Positions 11,229 to 23,464 of a stretch of 64,000 nt of DNA are shown here, in pieces. The DNA is taken from the NCBI GenBank assembly GCA_964016885.1, contig OZ024743.1, forward strand, positions 70,308,001-70,372,000, given 5' to 3'. The notes beneath the pieces were generated by a model that was not told where the DNA came from, made no database searches, and saw only the letters and a program-made list of their open reading frames with translations. Both the position numbers and the translations under genes were made by a program. Source of the DNA: Eledone cirrhosa. Its lineage: Eukaryota. Positions within the stretch are counted from its first letter, which is position 1. Each line of letters starts with the position of its first letter.

Positions 11229-14007
11229 TTTAAGTCGTTTGGAAGCCCTAACAATGCAAATGGGTAAATCTCCGGGTAACAAGATCCGGTGGTGGAGAGA
11301 GAGATGTAAGTGAGTGTACGTTGAGATGCGTGGCGTGTATAAGACGTGTAGAGGAATGAAGGAAAGAGCATAAAGGATAAAATAAAAATAACAACACGAG
11401 CGAGAGTTACCTTGGGAGAGATTTAATTGTCCCTATATATTTCGGATTCACATCCATCAACTGGGGGTTTTTTTCCGGGGTGGGGGAAAGGTTGTCTGTC
11501 GGAAAGGTGCGAAACGCGTCCTCCGCTGTTCGTTGTTTTGAATATCTGAGGTATTCAGAAGAGCGAACGTGCGCGTGAAATGGGGACGGTCGGCCAGTGG
11601 TCAGCGGCCGAAGTAGTTCTTTCAATTGTGGGAGTGGGTGGCGCTAGCTGTCAGTCCATTCTCTGCCTGTTTGTTAAATGTTACTGTGTGTGTGTGTGTG
11701 CGTGCGTTGTTGTCTCGCTTGAGTGTGTGTGTGTGTGCGTGTGTTGTTGCCTTGTTCCTCTGTATTGGCAGTGTAGTATGTTCGTATGGTGGAATGCTAC
11801 TGTCTGTGTGTGTGTGTGTGTGCGCGTGTTGTTGTCTCGCTTGTGTGTGTGTGTGCGTGTGTTGCTGCATCGTTTGTTAACTTAAACCAGCCACCTCATT
11901 TCGCTTCTCTCGGATCGATTGTTTATTTGCGGCTCGTGAAGACACACAACAGGCACCCGACCCGAAGATCAGGCCCATTGTATCGAGCGTGGAAGGACCA
12001 CTCTACAAAATTTCATGGCTCCTAGCCAGAATACTCAAACCCATCTTAGACACCTTGCCTGGACACGTTAACAGCTCCGAGGAGGTATTGAAGCGCCTGC
12101 ATCAAATGGATCCCGACACCAGAAGGAATAACAGATATGCCTTCAGCCTTGATGTAGTCGCTCTCTACACCTCGGTCCCGGCACTCCCGGCCGTCAATAT
12201 ACTTATGGAATGCGTCCAATCCACCGACCAACACTGCTTCGGGCTCACCACCACTGACATCCACCAACTCCTATCCATCGTCGTTGACAACACCTACTTC
12301 GGATTCCTTGACCAAACATACCAACAAACCTCGGGATTGCCCATGGGATCAAGCCTGTCGGGTGTGGTAGCGATCTCTTACATGGACAACCTCGAGCGCA
12401 AGGCACTCAACGCCTGCCACCCCAACGCCGTCGCCTTTTTCTCAAGGTACGTGGATGATATCCTCATCCTCACATCTTCCCAAGACACGGCGAACAAAAT
12501 CTATGAGACGTTCAACAACACGGACGAGAACATTGACTTCAGTGTTGAACACCCCAACGAAGACGGGTCACTTGCCCTCCTCGACTTCCGAATCAACATC
12601 ACGGAACAGGGAGGGATCCACTGCAACTTCTACCGAAAGGCAGCCTGCAGGGACCTGTTCGTCCACTACAAGTCCGCCCTCCCTAACAGTGCCAAAAGAG
12701 GATACATCACGAACGAGATCGCGCGAATCAAAAACAGATGCAGCAATCCCGCGAGTGGTGTCACTCATACCAAGCGATTCCTCGAGGTGCTGGAGACGAA
12801 CGGGTACCCTACCTCGCTCACAGACAGAGTAGGAGACACCAGACACAAGAGACAGAGAGGCACCCAAGGCAAGTGCTTCCTTAAAATGCCACACCTGGGC
12901 GAGAATACCACCAACGCTATCCGCAAGGCTATACGGAGGGAGGGCCTCGACAGCCACCTGGCCCACTCGGGCCCCTCCCTGCGAAGATGCCTCTCCAGGA
13001 AACCCGGGAAATCAACTGACGCGTGCTCCCTCAGAGACTGCCCGATACGCCATGCGAACTGTTGCCTACGCACATACGTTGTGTATGAGATAGAATGTAA
13101 CAAGTGCAACCAATACTATATAGGTAGCACAATCCGACCTTTGCACATCCGGATCAAGGAACACACTAAAACCAGGGCCTCGTCTTTCCGGAAACACATA
13201 GACAAATGCGGAAACAAAGACGGAAGGCCCATTGTCACAATTCTAGCGACTGAAAGAAACGTCGGCACGTTACGTATCAAGGAAGCACTTTTTATCAAAC
13301 GCCTAGAGCCGCAAATAAACAATCGATCCGAGAGAAGCGAAATGAGGTGGCTGGTTTAAGTTAACAAACGATTCAGCAACACAGGCACACACACACACAA
13401 GCGAGACAACAACACACGCACACACACACACACACACAGTAGCATTCCACCATACGAACATACTACACTGCCGATACAGAGGAACAAGGCAACAACATAC
13501 GCACACACACACACTCAAGCGAGACAACAACACACGCACACACACACACAGTAACATTTAACAAACAGGCAGAGAATGTACTGACAGCTAGCGCCACCCC
13601 ACTCCCACAATTGAAAGAACTACTTCGGCCGCTGACCACTGGCCGACCGACCCCATTTCACGCGCACGCCCGCTCTTCTGAATACCTCAGATATTCAAAA
13701 CAACGAACAGCGGAGGACGCGTTTCGCACCTTTCCGTCAGACAACCTTTCCCCCACCCCGGAAAAAAAACCCGAGTTGATGGATGTCAATCCGAAATATA
13801 TAGGGACAATTAAATCTCTCCCATGGTAACTCTCTCTCGTGTTGTTATTTTTATTTTATCCTTTATGCTCTTTCCTTCATTCCTCTACACGTCTTATACA
13901 CGCCACGCATCTCAACGTACACCCACTTACATCTCTCTCTCCACCACCGGATCTTGATACCCGGAGATTTACCCATTTGCATTGTCGAGGCTTCCAAACG
14001 ACTTAAA
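11229..14007 (+). mobile_element. Penelope-like element with inverted terminal repeats of about 700 bp (inverted pLTR structure)
   Basis: 11229-11935 is the reverse complement of 13306-14007, enclosing an RT plus GIY-YIG ORF. Confidence 0.95.
11989..13359 (+). CDS. PLE reverse transcriptase/GIY-YIG endonuclease, 5'-truncated (homology extends back to about 11935: LVKTH...KIRPIVS)
   Basis: FSLDVVALYTSVP, QTSGLPMGSSLS, RYVDDI, LLDF, YRK, NGYP, VVYEIECNKCNQYYIGSTIRPLHIRIKEH, EALFI..LEPQIN. Open for 456 codons; the annotated start is not the natural start. Confidence 0.9.
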   Translation: MEGPLYKISWLLARILKPILDTLPGHVNSSEEVLKRLHQMDPDTRRNNRYAFSLDVVALYTSVPALPAVNILMECVQSTDQHCFGLTTTDIHQLLSIVVDNTYFGFLDQTYQQTSGLPMGSSLSGVVAISYMDNLERKALNACHPNAVAFFSRYVDDILILTSSQDTANKIYETFNNTDENIDFSVEHPNEDGSLALLDFRINITEQGGIHCNFYRKAACRDLFVHYKSALPNSAKRGYITNEIARIKNRCSNPASGVTHTKRFLEVLETNGYPTSLTDRVGDTRHKRQRGTQGKCFLKMPHLGENTTNAIRKAIRREGLDSHLAHSGPSLRRCLSRKPGKSTDACSLRDCPIRHANCCLRTYVVYEIECNKCNQYYIGSTIRPLHIRIKEHTKTRASSFRKHIDKCGNKDGRPIVTILATERNVGTLRIKEALFIKRLEPQINNRSERSEMRWLV

Positions 14008-14848
14008 GAAATTTACCTTATTATTCTACAATGCTTCAAGCAAACTTCAATACTCTCATATATATATATGTGTGTGTGTGTGCGTGTGTGTGTGTTGCAG
14101 CATTGTCTCTTCCTGGAACTGAGCATTCTTTCATTCTCTGCTTGATTTACGAAAATATATACAGATCCATCGCAGATATGCAGGCCATTAATTACTGACG
14201 GAGTTGTAGGGAAGCCCTCGTGAAATACATGTTAGGGACATTTAAACTTAGTGGACTCAATACATCGAGGTCGGAACACATCATATATCTTACTGAGATA
14301 GTCTGGGGTGAAAGAGATATAAAGGAAGATTCAAAGATTTGTGCTATTCCTTTTGGCTCTCCATGTTCAAATTTCCGCCGAGGACAAGTTTGCATTTCAT
14401 TTTTGGAGATAAAAATATAAAGTGCCAGTCTAGTACTGGGGTACATTCTCATTCTATATTCCCCCACCTCCCTCCTGCCATCTTTTACACTTTGTTTTAA
14501 AGAAATCTACCGTGTTTAAACTTGGAGTGGGAAGTTCTCCTTCAGTTTTCAATGCCAAATAGACGACGTATCTCACGCCATTGCTCTAATGATTCCATCA
14601 AATGTTCGGACCCCATGGATGGATAGGGATAATAAATGTGTGAGATATGAAAAATGCGTATTCTGCGAAATGCAACAGAGATAAGTAGAAGCACGAGTGG
14701 AAAGATAAAAAAACCAGAAACGAAAACCATTTGTCTTTTTCTCTTTCCATTGGATTTGGCAAAATAATTTCTTCATAATCTTCAGCAACCAGTAAGGAAA
14801 CTCATCACCACCGCCTAACCACAACACAAACACTTCTCAATATATTCT

Positions 14849-14932
<84 letters not shown>

Positions 14933-15119
14933 TACGTGTATATATATAAGTACTCACACACACACAACACACACATACATATATATATATATATTAATAT
15001 TTATATACATATATACCATATTCCGTCTCCTTGTTTTTCGTCTTAATGTTCACTATACATATACACACACACGCACGCATGTGCTCTCTCACACACACAC
15101 ACGCATGTGCTCTCTCTCT

Positions 15120-15156
<37 letters not shown>

Positions 15157-15663
15157 GTTTGAGTGTGTGCGCGTTGTGTTCATATCTGTATGTGTGTGTT
15201 TGTGTATGGGTGCGTATGTGTGTGTATGGGTGCGTATGTGTGTGTATGCGTGTGTGTATGCGTGCGTGTATGTATGTATATGTGTGTATGTGTGCGTGAG
15301 TATGAATGTGTGTCTATACATTCGCTATATTACTAAACCGTAATAGAGACGATTCTACAGAACGGAATTACTGAGACACGGTTCCAGCTAAGCCGCTGAT
15401 AAACTATAATCAGGTACGTGAATGGCTGATAAGTCCACGTAAGGTATCAATCAGCCTTACCTACATAAATAGTGTTATGAGAGAGAAGAGGAAAGTGAAA
15501 GAGTGAAGGCGAAGACGCGATCAAATGATGAAAGTAATATATATGGCTAACTGGCTAACTGCTAAACTTATATACTGTGTTCAAACTCAACGGTAGAATA
15601 TCGACGCCCTCGTTTTTGCTGTCGTTGCAGCTGTAGTTGTTACTGTTATTATTTTTATTATTC

Positions 15664-16735
15664 TAAGGGCGGTGGATTGGCAGTATCGGTGGCGGGTCGG
15701 ACGCTATGCTTTGCAGCAAAGGGTTATGGCCCTTTATGATCTGAGTTGAAATCCCGCCGAGGTTAACTTTGTTTTTCAACATTACGGGGTCGATAAAATA
15801 AAGTACCAGTCACGTACTGAATCGATTTAATCGATATACCCCACCCCCAAAAATTGCTGCCTTTGTGCCTATATAAGAAACCATTATTCTAAGGGCGGTG
15901 GATTGGCAGTATGGGTAGAGGGTCGGACGCCATGTTTATAGCATAGAGTTACGGTCCTTTATAATTTGAGTCCAAATCCCGCCGAGGTTAACTTTGCCTT
16001 TCATCCATACGGGGTCGATAAAATAAAGTACCAGTAATGCACTGGGTAATTACTGGCCTTGTGCCAAAAGTCGAAATAATTGTTTTCATTATTCTTGTTG
16101 CTGCTTAGGGCGGTGGATTTGCATTATCGGTAGAGGGTGGGATACCATGCTTTACAGCTTAGAGTTACGGCCTTTCACCCTTACGGGGTCGATAAAATAA
16201 AGTACCAGGTATGTACTAGGGTCAATTTAATTGACTTTAACTTTACCCACAATTATTGACATTGTGCCTAAACCAGAAACCATTATCGTGGGTTCTGGAT
16301 TGGCAACATCCATGAGCTCAAACGAAATATTTCGCGACATTTAGTTACGATTTCCTACTTCTGGGTTCAAATCGTGTCGAAGTCAACTTGACGTTTCTTC
16401 CTGGGTTGATAAACTAAAGTACCATCTAAGTTTTGGGGTCGAATTAAAGTAGGTGTCCCCTAAATTGTTGTTCTTGCGCTTAAATTAGAAACTATTATTA
16501 TTGTTACTGACAGAACTGGCAGTATCGGTATAGGATCGGACGCCATGCTTTGCAGCATAGAGTTACACCCCATTATGATGGTTAACTTTGCCTTTCATCC
16601 TGACAGGGTCGATAAAACAAAGTACCAGTAATACGCTGGGCTAATTACTGGCCTTGTACTAAAAGTAGAAACAATTATTTTATGTAAGGGTGGTGGATTG
16701 GCAGTATTGGTAGAGTCGGACACCATGCTTAACAC
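15664..16735 (+). mobile_element. Head-to-tail cluster of about six tRNA-derived SINE copies
   Basis: Repeated ggcggtggattggcagtatcggtagagggtcggacgccatgc...ggggtcgataaaataaagtaccag units starting near 15664, 15890, 16106, 16295, 16517 and 16688. Confidence 0.85.
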
Positions 16736-17235
16736 TGTAAAGGTTCTCAAAATCACGAAACGCCCCTACCCTATTTTTCCATTTTTTAAGATACTACTGA
16801 TTTTGAAATCAGTAGATTACTGGGCCAAATCAAGTTATGTTAGAATCTTTAAAAAATACTCGTACGAATTATATACAAAAAAGTTTCAGTCCAAAACAAA
16901 AGCAAGCTATTTCAAATTAGATATTAAAAAAAAACATTTTTTAAATTCTATATTTCACTGTTAGCTGTTGTAATATTTTGAGTGGATAGACAATTCTACA
17001 ATTCAAACTGTAAAGTCAAAATACAAAAGATGCAAAATATGAAGAATTTCTTACCTTTTTCTGAAATCACAAACTCAGGGGAAAAATAGTACCTTGCAAA
17101 ATAAAAACCTCGTAGCAAAATAAAATACTTAGAAGCAAGGAATGAATTGAGAAGATTGGTGACAGTGAGAAAGCCCTTATATATATAAAAAGATAGATAC
17201 ACACACACACATACACATAAACGCGCACGCACGCA

Positions 17236-17320
<85 letters not shown>

Positions 17321-17680
17321 ACAGACACAAACTTGTGTGTGTGTGCCTTGGTTTTGAAACAAAGAATTTTGCCTCCAGTTTTTATTGCCAGCTCAAAGGA
17401 CACTGCTCTTTTCAACAACGCCAAATGACAACGCCATATATATATATAAATGAAGAGAGAAAGAGGGAGGGACAGAGAGCGTAAGAAATGAATGTGTGTG
17501 TGTGTGTGTTTTTGGTACACATCTATCTATCTATCTCCAACAGGGGGCTCAAACATGGTAGACCGGACTGAAAATAGAAAATATATGTGTGTGTATAATA
17601 TATATATATATATATTATACACACAACCCCCCCCCCCCCCCGCCTCCCCACACACACACAATCACACATATATATATATC

Positions 17681-18447
17681 TTTGGTATTGTGTATTAGGT
17701 TTTGCCTACTGCAATTTGTCAAGCTATTTAAACATATGTTATTACCCTTATTGAGTGTTTGCTAACTCATTCCTATTGTAGGTCGACTTTGCTTGCCCAC
17801 AGCCAAAGCTTCGATTTTACTAAGCTTCAACTTGTATTATTTTCTCCTAGATTTAATAATTAACTAATTAATTTAATTAGACAATTCTGTTGATTGGGTA
17901 ATTATTTGTGTTTGTTTAATAACATCTGGTTGAGAGGTTTTATTCGGAATGTTTGCGGAAATTATATTTCCCTGTTAACACTTTGAATTTACCCGCCAAA
18001 ATCGGGGGTTGCTTTCCTTGTTGGAAATAACACGTGACAACGAAGTGTTCGCTGGCTGCATTCATAGCGGCCGCATTTTTATTGTTCACCCCGCTTTTAG
18101 GCAGAACGGAATCCCTGTTGATGGAATGAATCCTCTGTTCGATCATGGAATACCACGAGCGTGCGTGTTACGTAAGTTGGATAAATGATTTTGAATTCAT
18201 AGAAACACTTTAGACGTATATCGATTGATTTGTCCAGGTGTATCTTTTAACCTGTTAGTTCTTTCGTTACTTTGGTATTGTGTGGTTGGGTTTTGCCTTC
18301 CGCAATGTTCAATTTGTCAAGCTATTTAAACGTATGTTATTACTCTACGGACGTACCCTTGTTGAGTGCTTTGCTAACTCATTCCTATTGTAGGTTGACT
18401 TTGCTTGCCCAAAGCACAAGCTTCAATTTTACTAAGCTTCCACTTGT
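17681..18447 (+). mobile_element. Non-coding unit with direct terminal repeats of about 170 bp (period about 590 bp), between (TA)n tracts
   Basis: 17681-17836 is similar to 18271-18447. Confidence 0.65.
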
Positions 18448-18560
18448 ATATATATATATATATATAATCCATACACACTTAAATATAAATGCATGTATAT
18501 ATACAAATGTATAAATGCATAGCTATATGCATACGTAAATGTATGTATGTATATATGTAT

Positions 18561-19013
18561 GCAAAGGAGCTCTTAAGAGTCAATGGTCATCCAAAAATCA
18601 CCGGGAGAGATGACCCTTTAGCCTTTGTCAAGGCAGAATTCTAGGAGAAGGAAAACTCTGATATAACACCTGCAACCCTGATGATATCCAATGATGTTGA
18701 CTTGTTCTTCTTTTTGGTAAATATCATCTTGGTTAAGAGAGTGGGACTGGCTTTGTGCAGTGACTTTGCTCACTATAAAAGCTTCACGGCACAGGCATTG
18801 CTTTATATCTGGAGATCTCTCTGCACTTGTCATCACATGGTACCATGGGTCCAGCACTATGTGTCAATAATTGTTACAAGTGTAGTGTTTGTACCAGCGT
18901 TTTCAAGTCGCTGGCTGGACTAAAAAGTCACACTCGTTCAGCGCATCGGTAGGGTTTCTCCTACATGGATATAAAGTAGTGGCCGTACTCGAAAACGAGT
19001 TGGCAGCCACCAT
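18561..19013 (+). mobile_element. Non-autonomous RTE-clade derivative, 5'-truncated copy
   Basis: Near-identical to 46078-46530. Encodes an RTE-like C-terminal C2H2 remnant, [25 protein letters not shown], then a 3' stem-loop (actcg-aaaa-cgagt) and a microsatellite tail. Confidence 0.7.
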
Positions 19014-19025
19014 ATATGTATGTAG

Positions 19026-19065
<40 letters not shown>

Positions 19066-19341
19066 AAATCTACATACATACATATATACATACATACATA
19101 TATACATACATACATTTACGTATGCATATAGCTATGCATTTATACATTTGTATATATACATGCATTTATATTTAAGTGTGTAAGGATGTTGCCATGATTA
19201 TTTATGCTTTTTGTTGTTTTTGGTACGGAGAAAATTATGTCTCCATATTTTATTACCTAGGGAGATTAAATACCACAGCTCTGGCTGAAAGCTGACCAGG
19301 TTCTCAACCTCATCAAACACTAACGCAGGCATGTGTGTGTG

Positions 19342-19385
<44 letters not shown>

Positions 19386-19789
19386 TGTGTACGTATGCAT
19401 GTGTGTGTATGTTCATATGTATGTATATGTATACACCCACAACTTTCATCACCATTGCTTCTTTTTGTTGTCATTTCTGTTGAAGTTGTTCTTGTAACTG
19501 TTGTCAAAGTTGACATCCTTATGTTCATTGTCTTTGATTTCTTTTGTATTTTTTTTATCTCGCTAGGGAATTCGTTGACAAGCTTCTTTTATTTATTTTC
19601 TTCGCTTTTTCATTCAAATGCATTCACACTGGCTGTCTAAGAGACGTATAAATATGACTTATAAAACTTACAAAACTAAAGGGGCTTCCAGCGCCCCCCA
19701 AAGATTCACCCCCCACCCCCACCCCCAACACTGCCCTGCTCCAAAACGTCGGCCTGGAGCTCCGAAACGCCCGCCGTTGAGAACCTTTG

Positions 19790-19945
19790 CTTTACAGCAT
19801 AGAGTTACGGTCCTTTATGGTCTGAGTTCAAATCCCGCCGAGGTTAACTTTGCCTTTCATCCTTACGAGGTCGATAAAATAAAGTACCAGTAATACACTG
19901 GTATAGCTGCTGGCCTTGTGCCAAAAGTAGAAACAATTATTATTG
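19790..19945 (+). mobile_element. 3' part of the SINE split by the hAT-like element
   Basis: Continues the SINE consensus (ctttacagcatagagttacgg...) from where 16688-16730 stops. Confidence 0.8.
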
Positions 19946-20827
19946 TTACTGTTATTGTTGTTTTTGCTGTTGTTGCTGGTGCTTATACCCGCCACCTAAC
20001 CTAACGTTGATCGGTGGTTACAAGGTAGTGTGTCCCAGATATTTCTGAACTGGACAGCCTGCTGCTGGAATCAGCGTGTAAGCAGCTATTTCTCAGGCAT
20101 GTGTGTCCTTAACCTAATTCCCCGGAAGAGTAGCCCGTTTGATTACAGATACACATGGGTTTCCAATAATGACCCATCACCCCGCATAATAATTTTTCAG
20201 ATTTTTTCCAAACCCTTCCCCGCTCTTATTCCACTCCGCCTCCACCCCCACTTATTAAATTTTGCTAATTTATCTCTTGCGAAATGTTATTTTAAGTAGT
20301 AGCATTCCTGCAGCAATTAATTTACTTTAGAAAGGACGAGAGAAAGAAAGAGCGATAGAAAGAGATAAAGAAAGAAAAAGAGAAAGAAAGACTGAAACAT
20401 GGAATGAAAAGGAAGGAGAGACAGTACAATAGAGACGAAGCCACTACAACAACAGTTCTTCACTGGTTTTTTATTCATCAACCCGGAAAGCAAGATTTGA
20501 AATGAAAGAGCAGAGATCCGGAATATAGCCCATCGTCAAAACTGACGGAGGTCCATTGTTTCTCCAATATCAGATCAAACATCAGTATGGGGTATGGTTA
20601 AATCAATATTCCAGGCTTACCCCAGCCAAATTCACATTAATCTAAGACACTAACTATTGACGTTAGCTTCCTACAATCTTATTTCGATTGCACTAATGTA
20701 TTACAGCTGGATTTATTACATGTTTATAATAAAAACATCTGTAATATGCTACAAATGTGTACTTTACTGTTGCACACATGTCAACATAATTACACCCACA
20801 CGTGCATATATGTATATATATGTATAT

Positions 20828-21038
<211 letters not shown>

Positions 21039-21517
21039 TATATATATATATGTATGTGTGTGTGTACATACATATATATGTATAATATGTATATATGTGT
21101 GCTTGTGTATGCATTTATGTATATATATATATATGTGTGTGTGTACATACATAAATATATACATATATAGTAATATTAATTGTTTCTACTTTTGGCACAA
21201 GGCCAGCAATTACCCAGTGCATTACTGGTACTCTATTTTATCGACCCCGAGAGTAAATTTCTATTCATTTACGAGGTGTATTGTAGTTCAATGCTATGAT
21301 AAGAGCATTGCAACTATACATATATATTATGTATATATGCATGTCTGAAGTATGTGTGTGTGTGTATGCATATATGTGTATAAATTTAAGTATACTCATA
21401 TATATATAATTATATATGTACATACATACATGTACATACATACATGTGTATATATATATGAAAACAAAAAGGCACGTTTCTGTCTAGTCATCATATATAA
21501 ACACGCATATTTAATGT

Positions 21518-21609
<92 letters not shown>

Positions 21610-21954
21610 GGTCACTAGAATAAATTCGGTGACTTTCGTGACTATATATATGACTACATATATATTTATATATGACTATATATATATATATATATATTCT
21701 AGCAGCTAACCAAACACATGCATATTTATTGAAACGCAGTTGTGATCACATATATACTTAAATTCACATATGCAGATACATACGTTCAAACACATACATA
21801 TACTCCCACATCCTGGACGACATAAGTTCTAAATATGTGTATTACCATTAGAACTTATGTCGGCCATGTTGTTAATGTTGTGGCTGTTATTGTTATACAG
21901 TCTTTTGTATAATGTTTGTTTTGTAATTATTTTCATTGTTGTTGTAACCCAGTG

Positions 21955-22690
21955 AAAATGTGTGGCTCGTTGGTATTGGTGTACCGCTCACGTTCGTACG
22001 AGAGTTCGATTCCCACCGGTGAGTTTTATCTATACTATAGCAAGATAATTTATCTATACTATAGCAAATAATTTATCTATACTATAGCAAGATAATTTAT
22101 TTATACTATAGCAAATAATTTATCTATACTATAGCAAGATAATTTATCTATACTATAGCAAGATAATGTATCTATAGTATAGCAAGATAATTCATCTATA
22201 CTATAGCAAGATAATTTATCTATACTATAGCAAGATAATTTATCTATACTATAGCAAGCTAATTTATATATACTATAGCAAGATAATTTATCTATACTAT
22301 AGCAAGATAATTTATCTATACTATACCAAGATAATTTATCTATAGTATAGCAAGATAATTCATCTATATTATAGCAAGATAATGTATCTATACTATAGCA
22401 AGATAATTCATCTATACTATAGCAAGCTAATTTATCTATACTATAGCAACATAATTCATCTATACTATAGCAAGATAATTTATCTATACTATAGAAAGAT
22501 AATTTATCTATACTATAGCAAGATAATTTATCTCATGTGGCTCATCTCCTGTCCACTCAGCTGGCAAAAGAAAATATTGAGAGGGCCGGTGTTGTTACCT
22601 CATGGGCCACGCTGAATTTCATTCACAACTACGTTATGGGTAGATGTATTTATAGAGGGCTCAACCCTCGGCATGTTAAATTCATGCATT
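21955..22690 (+). mobile_element. tRNA-derived SINE (second family) interrupted by a minisatellite
   Basis: A box TGGCTCGTTGG and B box GAGTTCGATTCC. The 3' body (tccactca...cacgctgaatttc...aactacgtta) resembles 38290-38385. Confidence 0.6.
22025..22533. repeat. 24-bp minisatellite, about 21 copies (AATTTATCTATACTATAGCAAGAT)
   Basis: Direct tandem array; the unit contains the inverted pair TTATCT/AGATAA. Confidence 0.95.
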
Positions 22691-22974
22691 TTATGGAAAA
22701 AAATAGCGTCTTCGACGACGGGAAATACGGCTGTATGTTTGTCGTAGTAACTGACGGAGGACTAACAACAATAACAGTGAACGTGTGTTTTAGAAATGAT
22801 GAATTTAATTTGAAATTTATGAGAAAAACCTTCATCAAATTTTGCCTTTTTTTACTATAGAAAACTAATGTAAAAAATAGGAATTATAAGCCATCTTAAT
22901 AGAAAAAACCATTGGTACGTAATGATAATGTGCATTTTTCCGTTAAGGTGGCCTATATGCTAATATAGATGCTA

Positions 22975-23125
22975 CGAATTGTCAGAGTCGTTAGAACGTT
23001 GAATAAAATACTTTGCAATATTTGTTCTGCTCACTGCCTTCAAATACAACAGAGGTCAACTTTGCCTTTCATTAATTTAAGTTCGATAAAAAAAAGTACC
23101 AGTCAAGTACTGGTGTCGATTCTCC
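22975..23125 (+). mobile_element. Diverged SINE copy
   Basis: ttcaaatac..agaggtcaactttgcctttcat...tcgataaaa...agtaccagtcaagtactgg. Confidence 0.6.
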
Positions 23126-23464
23126 CCCTCCCTCCCTCTCTCTCTCTCTCTTCCTAGAAAAATCTGCTGTATTAACACCTGAAGTGGAGATGGGCTCCGG
23201 CAGGTTCAAAAATGGCCTAGAATCGCCATATTTCAATATGGCGCCCCCAAAACTCTCTGAGGAGTTACTGTTCCATACATATATACAGATGCTAATTTAG
23301 ACGGTTTTTCTATACTAAAAAAGAAAGAATCGCTGAAGCTACTTTCTCATAAATTTCAAAACAATAACACCTTCGACTCACTTCTTAGCATCACTGCTAA
23401 ATGAAAGAATGAAGAAAACTCTACCCCAATACATGACTGGTACTTTATTTATCAACACCGAACG

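Larger units (their letters stand above)
16738..19789. mobile_element. Non-autonomous hAT-like DNA transposon inserted into a SINE and carrying nested insertions
   Basis: TIRs TAAAGGTTCTCAA (16738-16750) and TTGAGAACCTTTG (19777-19789). The SINE head stops at about 16730 and its body resumes at 19790. The TSD is degenerate. Confidence 0.65.

Noticed and set aside
13708-13746. Antisense CTGACGG...GAAACGCGTC hammerhead-like string in the PLE repeat
   Set aside because: No helix I or helix II can be formed and A9 is missing; the sense strand simply forms a hairpin.
14192-14240. CTGACGG...GAAA tacatg TT motif
   Set aside because: Core mismatch and no convincing helix I or II closure, so probably chance.
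14100-15660. Possible host exons in the non-repetitive stretches (also 33050-33950 and 37560-38100)
   Set aside because: No recognisable protein similarity or convincing splice and ORF structure by eye. Small exons cannot be excluded without RNA-seq.
21955-22025. tRNA gene
   Set aside because: A and B boxes are present but no complete cloverleaf; this is a SINE head, and the same holds for the other SINE copies.
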